Source of the DNA: Schizochytrium sp. TIO01
Taxonomy: Eukaryota; Protista; Bigyra: Labyrinthulomycetes
Assembly (NCBI GenBank): GCA_004764695.1
Contig: SMSO01000034.1
Span: 124,001 to 188,000, forward strand
DNA length: 64,000 nt
Direction: 5' to 3'
Shown: in pieces, positions 12,697 through 24,702 of the stretch
Layout: every line of letters starts with the position of its first letter
Position numbering within the stretch: position 1 is the first letter of the stretch
Program-made: the position numbers and the translations under genes
Notes under the pieces: model-generated
Database searches by the model: none
Told to the model about the DNA's origin: nothing
Seen by the model: the letters and a program-made list of their open reading frames with translations, nothing else

Positions 12697-13489
12697 AGGT
12701 GTAGAAGAATAAAAAACGTGTCCCTAATAACTATGAAAGCTTGGAAGCAAGGATCTCAAGACACTCCGAGGTATATGCAGGTACATATTACTGAATTGTT
12801 TTTTTTAATTCACTTTTTTTTATTATAAGCCTCATATGTCCTTCTTATATACCAAGTACTGGCAATTATATTTTATTTTTATTTTTAAGAAAGAAAAAAG
12901 AAGGTATACACTGAGAACCCAGTGACAAAATTTCAAACTAACGGTTTTTTAGGTTTACTTTATTTTGAAAAAAGGTGTCGTAGTATTCTGGTTGGGTTTT
13001 TATACTCGATTTGAAATAAAGATAATACCAGAAAGAAGGTATCTCTGATTACGTCCACGCTAACACCAGATGCGACAGCAAAGGCAACCGTGCATTGGTC
13101 CTCAACTAATCTTTCGAAGGCTTTCTTTCGATGAAGCTTCAACGTAAGCCCATAGCTAGGTAGAGCACCCTGCCTAACTGATTTTGTCTGCTGAGTCTGA
13201 ACTAGACCTTAAACCTTGAGGTTAGCTAGCTAGAAAATCTAAAATGCATCGTTTAAAGAAAGGAGGTAAGTTTACAGGTAGCTCTCGGGTTTAATAAAGA
13301 GAAGACAATCCTTGGAGAACAGGGAATTTATTGTGTTGAAATTGGCTGTTATGTTACACTTTTCATTGAATGATTTTAAAATTAATTGGAAAAAGTAGGA
13401 AGAACTTTAAGGCACATGTGCATCATAATAGAAAGACTTTGCATTTCCATCATCAGCAAAGTAAAAATAAACAAACCGCAAGGTGACCA

Positions 13490-15076
13490 ATGCCGAGCAT
13501 AAATAGAGCGCCAAACCTTGCACGCAAGTTATCTTCACCCAACATGCAGCAAGGTAGGTGGCTCTGTCTGCCCGCGTTTGTCAGCCAGCGGTCGTGGGTT
13601 CTGGTCGCCCTGCTGGTTGCAGGGTACCTTTTCCTCAACGCAAGGACCCCAGAAGTTGCTATCCCTCCCACACAATATGTACGCGTTGGAGTGCGCCGGG
13701 ATGGCTTGCCTCCTCTTCGCCGGGATAACGAAGTTGTACTTGCACAGCCTAAGGCACGACCGCCAGACTTAGCTGAAGAAGCCGCACGTCGTGCCAATAT
13801 TCACCCTCGCGAAGGAGCACCTGGAATTGGCCAGTTCCCTGATTCACGTCTCTCTGCAGAGGTCTTCGAGGACGGTGACGATGGACACCAGGATTTTGAT
13901 ACTGAGAATTTATGGTATCCTCAGAACTTTGCTCAATCCGATGACTCTACTCAGCCTAACCTCCGCGGCGTAGGTGACGACAAGGAAAAGCTTCTGTTTC
14001 TCATCACTGGTCAACTTTCTCGGCTGGAACTCGAGAGTAAGATTATCAATGTGTTCGAGCCTCAGATGGAGCGTTACGATATTGAAGTTCTTCTCTTCGT
14101 CAAGGTTTTTGTAATGATGGAATCTATGAAGCTGCCACGTTGGCCAAGCCCGTACGAGCTGAGTAATTGGGAGAACGACCATCTCAGAGTATGGGCGATT
14201 AATTCAATACCAGAGGTTGTTACCGATTCCGTCCGTGTTGAGGAGGTTTCGGAACTTCGCGACGGTAACCCCTTTGTATTCCGCAAAATTGTTCACATGC
14301 ATGTAAAGTCGCGAACCACAGGTAAGACTTACCCTTGGCATATCGTCCTAATTAACAATGAGAACGACGGAATTGTTGTTCTTCAGCCGAGTTTCCCGAA
14401 TGATAATTACAATCAATGGATTATGGCGCAGCAAGATACCTTCCGCAACTTTCGCAAGGCAATGATTTATATTGAAGAGCTTGAGCTTGCGCGAAACCGT
14501 GTCTTCGATGTAGTTTTTCGCCTTCGTGACGACACCTTCGCCTTCTCGCCTTTCAAAGTTCCTTTCAACTTCGACAGGGACTCCTTTGGAACGCCCCAGT
14601 GCGTTCTTTCCTCGTACCCACTAGGATACTCTGATCATAACTTCATTCTTGGTCGTAACATCGCGTCAAAGGTTCTTCGCGGAATGGGAGAAGATTACTA
14701 TTTTCGTATCAAACAAATGTACCCTTTTGTTGAGGCACACTTGCACGAAGTGATCGATTACATCAAGCCTGCGAAGATAATGCGAATCCCTGATTGCTAC
14801 TGGCCATTTTTCCCTATAATCTATGTTGATCTAGGCAATGGTCAGTTTCGCACCGAGTTCCGTGAGTTCGAGATTGAGCACGTCTGGAGACACAAGTGCC
14901 CTAAGAAGTGGTGGCATGCTCCAAATGATCCGAACAACTGCGCATGGCTTCAAAATGATGTTATGTTGCACCCTCGTTCTCCAGCTGTTCAGGCATACCT
15001 TCCTCTTCATATTATTGACAAGAGAACAATTCCTTATGATGTGCTTGAGCAACTTAAGTGGTACGGCCGCGTTTAG
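13490..15076 (+). CDS. Type II membrane protein, putative glycosyltransferase-like (528 aa)
   Basis: N-terminal TM WVLVALLVAGYLFL, then a stem, then a globular domain with LFLITGQLSR and FDVVFRLRDD motifs resembling uncharacterised GT-A-like families. Function is inferred. Confidence 0.6.
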   Translation: MPSINRAPNLARKLSSPNMQQGRWLCLPAFVSQRSWVLVALLVAGYLFLNARTPEVAIPPTQYVRVGVRRDGLPPLRRDNEVVLAQPKARPPDLAEEAARRANIHPREGAPGIGQFPDSRLSAEVFEDGDDGHQDFDTENLWYPQNFAQSDDSTQPNLRGVGDDKEKLLFLITGQLSRLELESKIINVFEPQMERYDIEVLLFVKVFVMMESMKLPRWPSPYELSNWENDHLRVWAINSIPEVVTDSVRVEEVSELRDGNPFVFRKIVHMHVKSRTTGKTYPWHIVLINNENDGIVVLQPSFPNDNYNQWIMAQQDTFRNFRKAMIYIEELELARNRVFDVVFRLRDDTFAFSPFKVPFNFDRDSFGTPQCVLSSYPLGYSDHNFILGRNIASKVLRGMGEDYYFRIKQMYPFVEAHLHEVIDYIKPAKIMRIPDCYWPFFPIIYVDLGNGQFRTEFREFEIEHVWRHKCPKKWWHAPNDPNNCAWLQNDVMLHPRSPAVQAYLPLHIIDKRTIPYDVLEQLKWYGRV

Positions 15077-16618
15077 TTATCGGCAGAACTTTTCTTCATA
15101 TCTGAAATACCTAATAAATTTCTTTTGTGACTATGTTTATATTTCTGAAGCACTTAATCAAATATCTGGTGTTTTTCTTATTTTTAATGCCTATACTGCA
15201 TATACACGTGAACATAGTAAATGCTACAATTAGTTAGTAATGATACCATGCACTAGCCGAACATGAAAGCCTTAATAAATATAGTGAACTTTCAAGTATT
15301 TAATTTCTGGAGCTCGACTACCGCTATCAAATAGTGAGTTACATGCCTACTAGACAATTTAAAGCGCCCCTGGAGGTAAAGTAAAGTAAAGCAAGAACCA
15401 GCAAATTAGCTTCTCTATGTGATATGCCCCGTCAATCATGCTGCATATTGCCAAGCTCCCAATGTTTGTTCATACATGGCTTCTACTCTTCTTTATGAGT
15501 CGAGAGACAACACCAAATTCCCTTTCGATTCAACTTTGCAGCCACCTCAACGAAGAAATGTCGCCTCAGGCTGATGTGCATGACTTTGATGTAATCCGGA
15601 ATCTCCTCCATCTTTTATTATTGCCAAGAACACATTTGGCGAACTGTAGCGGAGGTAAGCACGACTTCCTAGGCGCCGCTTATTCACATCCCCTCACTCC
15701 TAAGCCGATAGCAATTGGACGTAGGTTCTTGTACCTTCTTTTCTAGTTATTCACCACAATGCAGGAACTCGGTGCACCAAAGGTAGGAAGTCAATCGCGC
15801 ACCATCTCTACCGATGATGCGGCGCTCTGACACAATATATCTCTAGGTCCCATCGAGATGTCATTAGGCCACGACGCGGCTCGCGTAGCTCTAGCTAAAA
15901 TCGTTCTTTGTAGGGGCCAATTCCCGAATATCATGACACTCGAACCAGCCTTCTAAAGGAAAGAAGGAGAGAAAGAAAGGCTGCGGAGTCAAGTTCGATT
16001 TCTTCCACTTCGTTTCGGTTCTCGAGGTAGTCGAGTGACTCCATACTCAACCACCATGCATTAATCAAAGCCCGTATCAGGTGTGAAGCTCGAACGCCAC
16101 TGCATAGTTCGCGTGCGATCGGCATCAGAGAAAGATTGGCACTGCTCGAATGCCAAAATGTCAAACATCTCTCTCGCCATAAAGGCACACGGAGGAGGGC
16201 GGCAGTTTGTTAAACACAGACCCGGTTTATATGGTGGTTTTTAAGTTACAAATTGCGCAGGTTCCGCTAATAATGGAAAATCATCAAGCCCTCTGATCTG
16301 CTTGCAATTATGCAGTCAAGGCTACGTCTGACACGCGCGTGTCGGAGGTGATCTTGCCAAGGTAGATCTTCGCTGACAGCAAAACCTGATTGGAGCAGAG
16401 TCTTGGAAGGGCTTGATAATACTTTGAAAACCTCAACTCTCTTCTGCAGTGCGGGCCCCGTGGAATCTTGCTGGAAAGCGCTGGTTTGCGAACTGGAACC
16501 AGGAACTGCGAGCTCGCTTCATTGCTGTTGGTGCTTCTGAGGACCTAGGTATCGCTGATTCTGCGTTTGTTTGGTGTTCGCTTGTAGACCTAAGGTTAAT
16601 ATTTCAGAACAAGGAAAG

Positions 16619-17776
16619 ATGCCGGATGTTGTCGTCATTGAGTATGCAGATCTTGCTGACACGAAGAAGGATGTGAGCGAGCTGATTGAAAAGGCATACG
16701 GGCCGGATGGACTTGGTGTTCTGGCGATACGTAACGTGCCAGGCTTCGTTGCGGCGAGAAACGCTGCGCTTCCCTTGAGCCACGACCTGGCACATCTAGA
16801 TGAAGATACACTCGCATCTCTTGAAGACGAAAAAACTGTCTACCAGGTGGGGTGGTCACGCGGAAAGGAAAAGATTGGTGACGAGCTTGATCTTTCGAAG
16901 GGATCCTTTTATTTTAATCCCCTTTCCGACATGCCAGGAACACCCGAAGATCGGGCCAAGTGGCCGCTGTCCTACCCATTGAACATATGGCCTTCAAAAG
17001 AAGTGATGCCCACTCTAGAATCAGCTCTCAAGACCATTGGAAAAATTATGCATGGTGTAGTTGTTCATGTTGGAAGGTGTGTCGACGAACTTGCGTCCAA
17101 GCAGATGCCGAGATATAATTTAAAGCTCGGCGAAACCCTGGCAGTGTCAGAAAAGGCCAAAGGTCGGCTTCTTTACTATTATCCTCTAAGCGAGAAAGAG
17201 ATGAACGCTGCACGGCGCGACTCATGGATTAGTGTACACAATGACTCAGGGTTCTTGACAGCACTGGCAGGGGAGCTCTACCTTGATGAAAACGGAAACC
17301 AAGTTCACTGTCCTGATCCCGCAGCAGGGCTTTACGTGATTGACCGTTCTGGAAAGGAGCACCATGTCATCATTCCTGATGATTGCATGGCCGTTCAAGT
17401 AGGGGAATGCCTCCAGATTGTCACCGGAGGGGTGGTTCAGGCTACTCCACACTACGTTCGTGGCGCAAGCGTACGTGACAAAGCCATTGCGAGGGTTGCT
17501 TTGCCATTATTCGTGGACACAAAGCCAAGTTTCCCATTGGTGTCACCCCCAGGCGTTACTCGAGAAGAAATTGTAAAAGGTGCCTCTAAAGAAGTACCCC
17601 CCATGGGTCCAAGATGGACTCATGATGGTCAAACGTTTGGTGATTTCCTGCAGCAGTGTGTCAACGTGTACTACTCTCTCACCCCAGAGCAAGCTGCTGA
17701 AGTAGGCGAGATAAATCGTTCCCCAAGATCCTTTGTAACACGTCAGTCTACTAAAAACACTTCTTCCAATCTATGA
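16619..17776 (+). CDS. 2-oxoglutarate/Fe(II)-dependent dioxygenase (isopenicillin N synthase-like)
   Basis: DIOX_N-like start (VIEYADL..IEKAYGPDGLG), HxD motif HNDSGFLT, distal His ATPHYVR, co-substrate Arg (ARVA). ATG 16619 preferred over TTG 16571. Confidence 0.85.
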   Translation: MPDVVVIEYADLADTKKDVSELIEKAYGPDGLGVLAIRNVPGFVAARNAALPLSHDLAHLDEDTLASLEDEKTVYQVGWSRGKEKIGDELDLSKGSFYFNPLSDMPGTPEDRAKWPLSYPLNIWPSKEVMPTLESALKTIGKIMHGVVVHVGRCVDELASKQMPRYNLKLGETLAVSEKAKGRLLYYYPLSEKEMNAARRDSWISVHNDSGFLTALAGELYLDENGNQVHCPDPAAGLYVIDRSGKEHHVIIPDDCMAVQVGECLQIVTGGVVQATPHYVRGASVRDKAIARVALPLFVDTKPSFPLVSPPGVTREEIVKGASKEVPPMGPRWTHDGQTFGDFLQQCVNVYYSLTPEQAAEVGEINRSPRSFVTRQSTKNTSSNL

Positions 17777-18561
17777 TGCGAACACGAAGCTTCGTGAGGC
17801 TTGAAAAAAGTAAAAGACTATCAAAAGGTTGTTTGCCAAATAAAAGAGAGAATGGGTCCTTGCAATTATGTCTAAATTCCTGTGCATCACCGTTAGGTTG
17901 GGATGCCCATTGTTATATCTTGCCCGTGGAATCAACCCTATACGAGTTCTAGTTCTAGCTCTAGCTCTAGTTAGCAAACCTTCTATGGTACTTTAAAAAA
18001 GTTGCAGCAATCGCTCAAGAAAATCATGTTATCTCTTTCTAACTACATTTACAATTTTAACTATAGATTAATGTGAAAACCTTGCATAGGCATATAAAAC
18101 GACGCCTTTCTTTCCATAGAGATGGCAGGGACAAGCACAAAAGAAATGAACCCTTGCAAGGAACAGCAAAACTGGAAGGAGGGACCAAGGTCCGAAAATC
18201 CGTCCATGATGAAGGATAGAATCAATTTATGCTTTTAAATTAATGCAATACATATTTGCTTCTCTAAAGATATGGCTGAATACTAGCAGCTCGAATCAAT
18301 CACTCAATTCCCTTCAGATCGGAACGATGTGCACGGATATAGCTCGAGCAAAGCCTTCGCAGGATTTCATATTCCAGAATCCAGGGTTCCCAAATTCACA
18401 CAAACTCGATGCTGAGGAATAAGTATGTTGAGAAAAATAGATCTTTTTTTGGTTTCGAAAAAGAGATAAGAAGGTGCTTCAGAAAAAAGAAGGGAAAAAG
18501 AGATTCTTGCCCATCTCGAAAGAAGAGACAGCCAGAGAGTCTCTTGTGCATTGGAATAAAC

Positions 18562-21261
18562 TCAGAAATACTTCATAAAGTCAGAAGAGTCATCTTCATC
18601 TTGGTCTTTGGAACCCATAGTACTCTCGCAAAGAGTTCCAGACATCTTAACGGTATTGGCGTCAAGGCGCACTGTATCAGTATTCCCTGCACCCAATCCA
18701 GCAAGCTTGAGAGCATCAGGGCTAAGGCGAATTGTATCAGCGCAGCCAGCTGGTGCATCGCCCAGCCTGACAGTACGATCCATCATGTCTTTATCGTAGC
18801 GTAGGGTATCGCCTCCTGTAAATTTAGCTGTATCGAAAGTTGAGTCTTTGGTTGTGCTCTTGAAGTAATTCATAAAAGCCTGTTCATCAAGGGCCACGGT
18901 ACTGTCTCCACCATCAGTTTCCGCCAGAGTACCACTCTGGACCTGAAAGGTGTCAGACATCCGCACGGTTGAATCGATCCCTCCACGTGTCAGTGCTACA
19001 GTACCGGCCACACTTCCTTTGGCCAATGTTGAAGAGTCCATCTTAATCGTTCCTGCCACAGAACTTGTTGCTGTGTCACATGTACCATCCCCTCGCTCCC
19101 CTCGCTCAGCACGCTCCTTGCGGCGACGCTCTATAATGGGTAGGCACTCGTTCACAAGAGCGGATAGAGTCTTCGCCACTGAGGTTTCATGCAAAGTATT
19201 GGTATCGCATGCGGCTTGCAACTCTTTGGCTGCATCCCTGACAAACGGATGCTCCAAAAGCTCGGCACATGATTTACGCGCGTCAGGGTCCTTCATGAGA
19301 CACTGCGCGAGAAAGTCATTCATCTCTGGAGACCATTGCTCAGGCTCCTTGAATGTCGATGGCGGCTTCTTGGGAATCACAAAGAGCGCGCGCATAGGAT
19401 GCAAATGTGTAAAAGGAGGTTCGCCTTCGGCCATCTCAATCAATGTGATGCCCAAACTCCAGACATCAGCATTGGTTTTGTAACGTCCGTCCTGAATTAC
19501 TTCAGGTGCCATCCAAAATGGGGTTCCAATGGTTGTATCTGCCTTGGACTGTACTGTGCTTAGCTGTTTAGAAACACCGAAATCCGCAAGTTTAGCAAGA
19601 CCATCATTTGTGAGGAGAATATTTCCAGCCTTAATGTCACGGTGGATCATGCGCTGGTCATGCAAGTGACGTAAACCCATTAGCATGCAAACCGTAATCG
19701 CTCGAATTTCTTCTTCAGTCAGAGTTGTCCGTGTAGCCCGCATCAAATCACAAATACTTCCAGCCTCGCAAAGATCCATTATGATCCAGATGTGCCCCTC
19801 TTGCTGGTAGCTTCCATGATATCCCACCACAAAGTGATGTTTGCCCTTTTTCAGGTAGTCGATTTCTTTTCGCAGCTCCTCTGTGTCCTCAGCTTCAGTT
19901 GGCACGATTTTCACTGCACACAGCCGACCCGATGGCTTGTGCTGCGCCTTGTACACTGATCCATAAGAACCTTCGCCAAGCTCTGACAGCAACTCATATA
20001 ACTCTTCAGGATTTTGCATATTGGTAGATTCGCGCCACTTGCGGTGCGAGCCAGAGTCCCCCTCCTCTTCATCATCGTCATTGCTTTGACCTCTTGAAGG
20101 AGAGCCTTGTTTGGCTCCAGATTGCTGCTGGGCTGCCTGTTCATCGTACTTGGCCTGTAGAGCGCCATTTAGTGCAATCGGCAGGGTTTCAAACACATCA
20201 TCTTCTGATCCTGCTGACTCCTTTTTTGAAAATGGAGCTACGGGAGGTGGAGCTGCGGCATCGAACTTCACGTCAAGAGTTCCAAAAGAGATCGTGGCGT
20301 CTGGATAAGAAATCGACATTCCCTCTTTAGCGTCATTGTTATCTATTTCATCACCACTTTGTTTCTCATTTACATTTCCTGTGTCTTCATATTCCTTTCC
20401 TGAAGTATTTGCCTCTGCCTCTGCCTGTACGTCATTGGCAATTGACGAGATATTTTTGCGCACAGCCGACGCATATGACGAAGAGCGCTTGCGGCCCAGT
20501 TCAATCGGAAGTGCTTTCATGGCGGCCTCATCCACATCATCCACATCATCGCCATCATTCTTCACTATACTATCACCAGAACCAGTAGCGGGTCCTTCAA
20601 CCTCATCGCCCGAGCTCACCTCTTTATGCTCATCTTCATCTTCTGTCTTGGCAGTGACTGGAGATTTGTCGCCTTCTGATTCATTCCTGTCAGAGTCCTC
20701 TTTCGAAGAACTAAGCTCCGAAGCTTTAGCCGATGAAGGCGCAGGCTCTGGGCCCCTGGGAAGAGGTGGAGGCACAGGGAATCCCTGCTGAGCAATTGCA
20801 GTTGATGTCCCGGTTTCGGTACCTTTGCTCTCCGAGCCAGATCCGGACTGCTCTTGTTCTTTCTTCACCGGTTTCGGCAAGGTTCCAGGCAACTCTTTCT
20901 CCACCGCTTCTACGCTGTCCTCTGCAGCAACTACTTTTGCCACAGCCGCAGGCTCCACAGAAGATACACTGTCACTTTTCTCAGCTCCCGGTGAGGTATC
21001 CTCAGGCTTCTTCTCGTTAGTGTTGGTGTCATTATCCACCATAACCATTACGTCCTCATCAGCGCGGGTCTGCTGGGTCAACTGTTGCTTGCGCTCCTGT
21101 TCATGAATCATATGCTGCTGCTGTTGCATTTGTTGTTGCATTTGTTGTTGTTGCTGCTGCTGCTGCTGCTGCTGTTCCTGAAGAGACGACTTCTGTTGCT
21201 TAGGCACCGAGTTACCCGAGCTGGCCGACTTTTTTCTGCGAAATCCAAGTCTCTGCAACAT
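18562..21261 (-). CDS. STE20-family Ser/Thr kinase, MST/Hippo-like, with polyQ N-terminus
   Basis: GEGSYG, AVK, HRDIKAGN, DFG, STE20 signature GTPFWMAPEV, HPMRALF; CAG/CAA polyQ ~21110-21180. Confidence 0.9.
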   Translation of the reverse strand: MLQRLGFRRKKSASSGNSVPKQQKSSLQEQQQQQQQQQQQMQQQMQQQQHMIHEQERKQQLTQQTRADEDVMVMVDNDTNTNEKKPEDTSPGAEKSDSVSSVEPAAVAKVVAAEDSVEAVEKELPGTLPKPVKKEQEQSGSGSESKGTETGTSTAIAQQGFPVPPPLPRGPEPAPSSAKASELSSSKEDSDRNESEGDKSPVTAKTEDEDEHKEVSSGDEVEGPATGSGDSIVKNDGDDVDDVDEAAMKALPIELGRKRSSSYASAVRKNISSIANDVQAEAEANTSGKEYEDTGNVNEKQSGDEIDNNDAKEGMSISYPDATISFGTLDVKFDAAAPPPVAPFSKKESAGSEDDVFETLPIALNGALQAKYDEQAAQQQSGAKQGSPSRGQSNDDDEEEGDSGSHRKWRESTNMQNPEELYELLSELGEGSYGSVYKAQHKPSGRLCAVKIVPTEAEDTEELRKEIDYLKKGKHHFVVGYHGSYQQEGHIWIIMDLCEAGSICDLMRATRTTLTEEEIRAITVCMLMGLRHLHDQRMIHRDIKAGNILLTNDGLAKLADFGVSKQLSTVQSKADTTIGTPFWMAPEVIQDGRYKTNADVWSLGITLIEMAEGEPPFTHLHPMRALFVIPKKPPSTFKEPEQWSPEMNDFLAQCLMKDPDARKSCAELLEHPFVRDAAKELQAACDTNTLHETSVAKTLSALVNECLPIIERRRKERAERGERGDGTCDTATSSVAGTIKMDSSTLAKGSVAGTVALTRGGIDSTVRMSDTFQVQSGTLAETDGGDSTVALDEQAFMNYFKSTTKDSTFDTAKFTGGDTLRYDKDMMDRTVRLGDAPAGCADTIRLSPDALKLAGLGAGNTDTVRLDANTVKMSGTLCESTMGSKDQDEDDSSDFMKYF

Positions 21262-23171
21262 CTTGCTACCTTTTCAAGACGCCCTTGGCGCGAGACTCTC
21301 CACTTCCTTTCCCGCGCGCCGCCAAATCTCAATGCGCACCGTGCACGCGCTGAGACGTTTTTATCGTCTCGCCGCGGTGGCTTCCGAGCAGTTCCTGGCC
21401 GGAATCCGCCGATCTCGCCGCCACGGTGGCCGCTCTGCGCGAGTTAAAAAGCAGTCGAAGTCCAGGAGGCCTCTTAGCAACGTTTTCGCTTCACCGGACG
21501 CTCCTTCCGCGTCCGCCAGCCCCGTCCAAGCCGCAGCCGCGCGACCAGTTGCCGGCCTCTTGGCTTGCCTGCGCCTGCTGTTATAATTATACTCTCTCTT
21601 TCCCTCTCTTTCTGACAGATAACTAAACTACATCTTTCTCTTCTCTTCTGACTGCTCTCCCCTGCCACCTTAAATCGCACGAGTTTCCCCGACATCCCCA
21701 TATTATCCCCCTCTGCTCGCCCTCCACATCCACCTTAAACGTGCCGACCCCCCCCTTCGCGCCTCTTTTCAGCGGTGGGTCAAATCGCTCCTCGGGAAGA
21801 TAGAAAGGTGTGCACATGTTTCTCCGGTTTTGCCGCGCCGGTAAGAGGTCCCCGCGTTCCCCTGTTTGGGGAAAATGGGTTGCGCCAAAGACCTGTGTGG
21901 ACTTCAGAGTGTGCAGGAGGAAGTACCCTACTTATTCGAAGAAGCTACGATACCTGCATATATCGAGCGATGCCATGTTCATGGCCGCTGCAAGAGATGC
22001 AAAGACGCCGAAAAGAGACAAAGCCGCGTCAACTGGCTGGTGCTAACTGGTGGTGCCGCTATGTTCGATTTGTTGGTACGGGAATGGGTTGATTCAAAGA
22101 GTGAACATCGTTTTTGTAGCGTCTTGGCTTTTGTCTATGCTTGGTGACTCGACGCTCGAGGCGAGAGCTGTCGTCAACGCCAACACTAGCTTGCAAGCTT
22201 CAGCAGGTGGCGTGGAACAACCTAACCGATTCTCCGATCTCTTGTCGACGTACATCTTTTCCCTGATCGCAGGCGGCAAGAGCTAAGCTCGGCGGTCACG
22301 TCGAAACTATTCACTCAGGGCACAGCAGCCACGCCGCGAGCAGCCACCCATCTCTCCAAGGCAAACACGTTCATTCCTGCTTCTTCGTAGGCAGGTCCCT
22401 AAAATCAGCTCAAAATCCCTTTGCATCGCCAACTTAGGATTCAGCCAGAGCATGACCGCCGCTCTCACTTGTCAGAGGTTCCACTTGGACAAAGAAAGAC
22501 CCAAGGCCAAGTATCACCTTTGAAGTTGACGGAAGAGATGCTCTCCAAGAGAGCGAGCGATTGCGTTGAGATTCTGCCCAAGCCAGAAGGGTTCACACGA
22601 GTCTTCTCCTTCCACCTGCACAGGATAGCTGGCTAGCTAGCGAGGTACCTGCATCTGCTTCCGTCGCGACGAAACGGAGATGCCATCTCGCCAGTCTTGA
22701 CACTTAAGTGCCTCGGGAACTCCGAACCTTAGGAGCGCTACGTAGAGGACCTGTGCTCAGCCCCGGTGACCCAAGCAAAGTGGAGGACCCATCGATCGTC
22801 TCGGGGCCGCGGAGACCCTGGAGTGCTCGAGGAGCAGTCAACTAGCTTTACCTGCCGCTACACAGCTCTAGAGAGTGCTAGAGGGCTTCGTTTCTCTTAG
22901 CGTCTACTAACCTACTCTAAAGTTTGTCGCAGATTGCTTCGTTTCTGTAGGCGGCGCTCTCAAGAGCGAGGTGATTGAGTTCATGACAATTGAGGGTGTT
23001 TGTGCTAAATGCTCGATCTGAGGACCCCTCCGGACTCCATTTGAGCTGCCATGTTATGGAAAGGGCGAGTCTCGAGCTCGGGGGCTTCGGGTCTGAAAAC
23101 TTGGGTGTGAAGTACGTACAGCCAGCTTTAGGCGAACAAGTCGGGGGGGCGTCTCTTAGGTGAGGCCAGTC

Positions 23172-23230
23172 GTTCATTCGATCATTCATTCGATCATTCA
23201 TTCATTGATTCATTCGTTCATTCATTGATT
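23172..23230 (+). repeat. Degenerate (CATT)n microsatellite
   Basis: ttcattcgatcattcattcgatcattcattcattgattcattcg... Confidence 0.8.
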
Positions 23231-24702
23231 CGCTGCAATCGACTCGTGAAAGGCACGGGCCTCTCCAGCGCAAGGCATGCGTAGTTCTGCGCGAGGCCTC
23301 TGTGACTTCTCCGCTGCCTGCTCCAGAGCTGGCGCAATACGTTCGACGAGGAAGAACCCAATGTCCTCGCGAGCTAGAAACCGAGTATTATGTGGTGCCC
23401 ACCTCCTTCTCCGCAGAAGTTGAGAGAGCGAAACTTCCTTAGGGCTGCTCGAGGCTGTCTGTCGCCTGAATGAATGCCCGGTCTAGCTAGGTCTCCCGCA
23501 GGTGTGAAATAACAAAAAGGCGGAAACGCCAGCTGTAGATTTTGCAGAACCACTGACTAGTACCTGCGGAGCTGCTACCCTTGAATAGACCAGCTCAAGG
23601 ACCCCTCCTGAAAAAGGAGCCCTGCTTCAGAGCGATACTGCCGCCGCTACGAATCTCTTGCGGCCTAACTTGTGGCTTTGTTGAGATTCAGATCGTGTCT
23701 TGGAAGGTCTTAGGTTTCTCTGGCTGATTTTATGCCCTCTTCCGCGGCGCAGGGCCAGGCTTGCTGGCCGTCGGCAGAGGCCAGAAACGACCGCCTCAGC
23801 GTTCTCCGGAAACTTGGTGGCATGCTCAAGTGAAGAACTTGACGGTCTCTAGCTTCAGGTGGCCAAAGGTGGTAGGGAGGAAGAGCCCAAGAGCCCAGCA
23901 CGTAGTCATAGTTTTTATTTGTGGTTCTTTAGATCTTCTCAAGGAATATATATATATCTTGATGGTCCTGCTCTCGGTGGATATGCGCTGTCCCTCTGAA
24001 TAAATCTATATTACAATTGGAGGAAGTAAACTAAAAAGTTGGATGCTGTGAGCACCATAAACTGCCCTCAGTTCTTCCAAGCTGCAGCGGTCAGTTTCCT
24101 TGGCGGCTAGAATCTGTCAAAGCTTTGGGATTTGCTCTCGTTTGTGATGCGCGCAACACTTTCTTCCGGAAATCGCTCCCTTGAGGCGATCCTAGCATGG
24201 ACTAAACCATCTGTTTTTTTATTTAAAGACTTCTTTAATTCGCTCTTTCAAAGAGCAGAAGTACTATGATTCTTGATGTTGATGCTATTATTTATCCCGG
24301 GGTTCTCCCTGAGAAAAACTAGGGAATGGTCACAACCTTCAGCCATGAAGATGCAAGTCATTTGCCGGGAATGTTTACAGACGGTATGTCTACAACAGAC
24401 TACTTAATGTGAGTAAAACTGGTGCGACTTGTCAATTTACTGAGAAGCTTGAGTTTTTCTCGAATGAATACTACAATCAAGAAGTGTGATTTTACATAAT
24501 ATTCTTTTCATTCTTTTCGTACAAAACCTTGTATTGGATATATGTATCATTGTCTCTGGTAATATCAAGTATCTGCCATTTTCGTGGCATGAAAGACCAA
24601 GATTTATTTCACAACAAAACCTTAACGAGCTGATTTGTCAAATTCGAATCGCTAGTAGTCTAAAGAGCACGCATTAAACTAGAAGTACGAACGATAGGCC
24701 CC

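Noticed and set aside
16330-16343. 14-bp palindrome GACACGCGCGTGTC upstream of the 2OG oxygenase
   Set aside because: Single instance; palindromes of this length are expected by chance in 64 kb.
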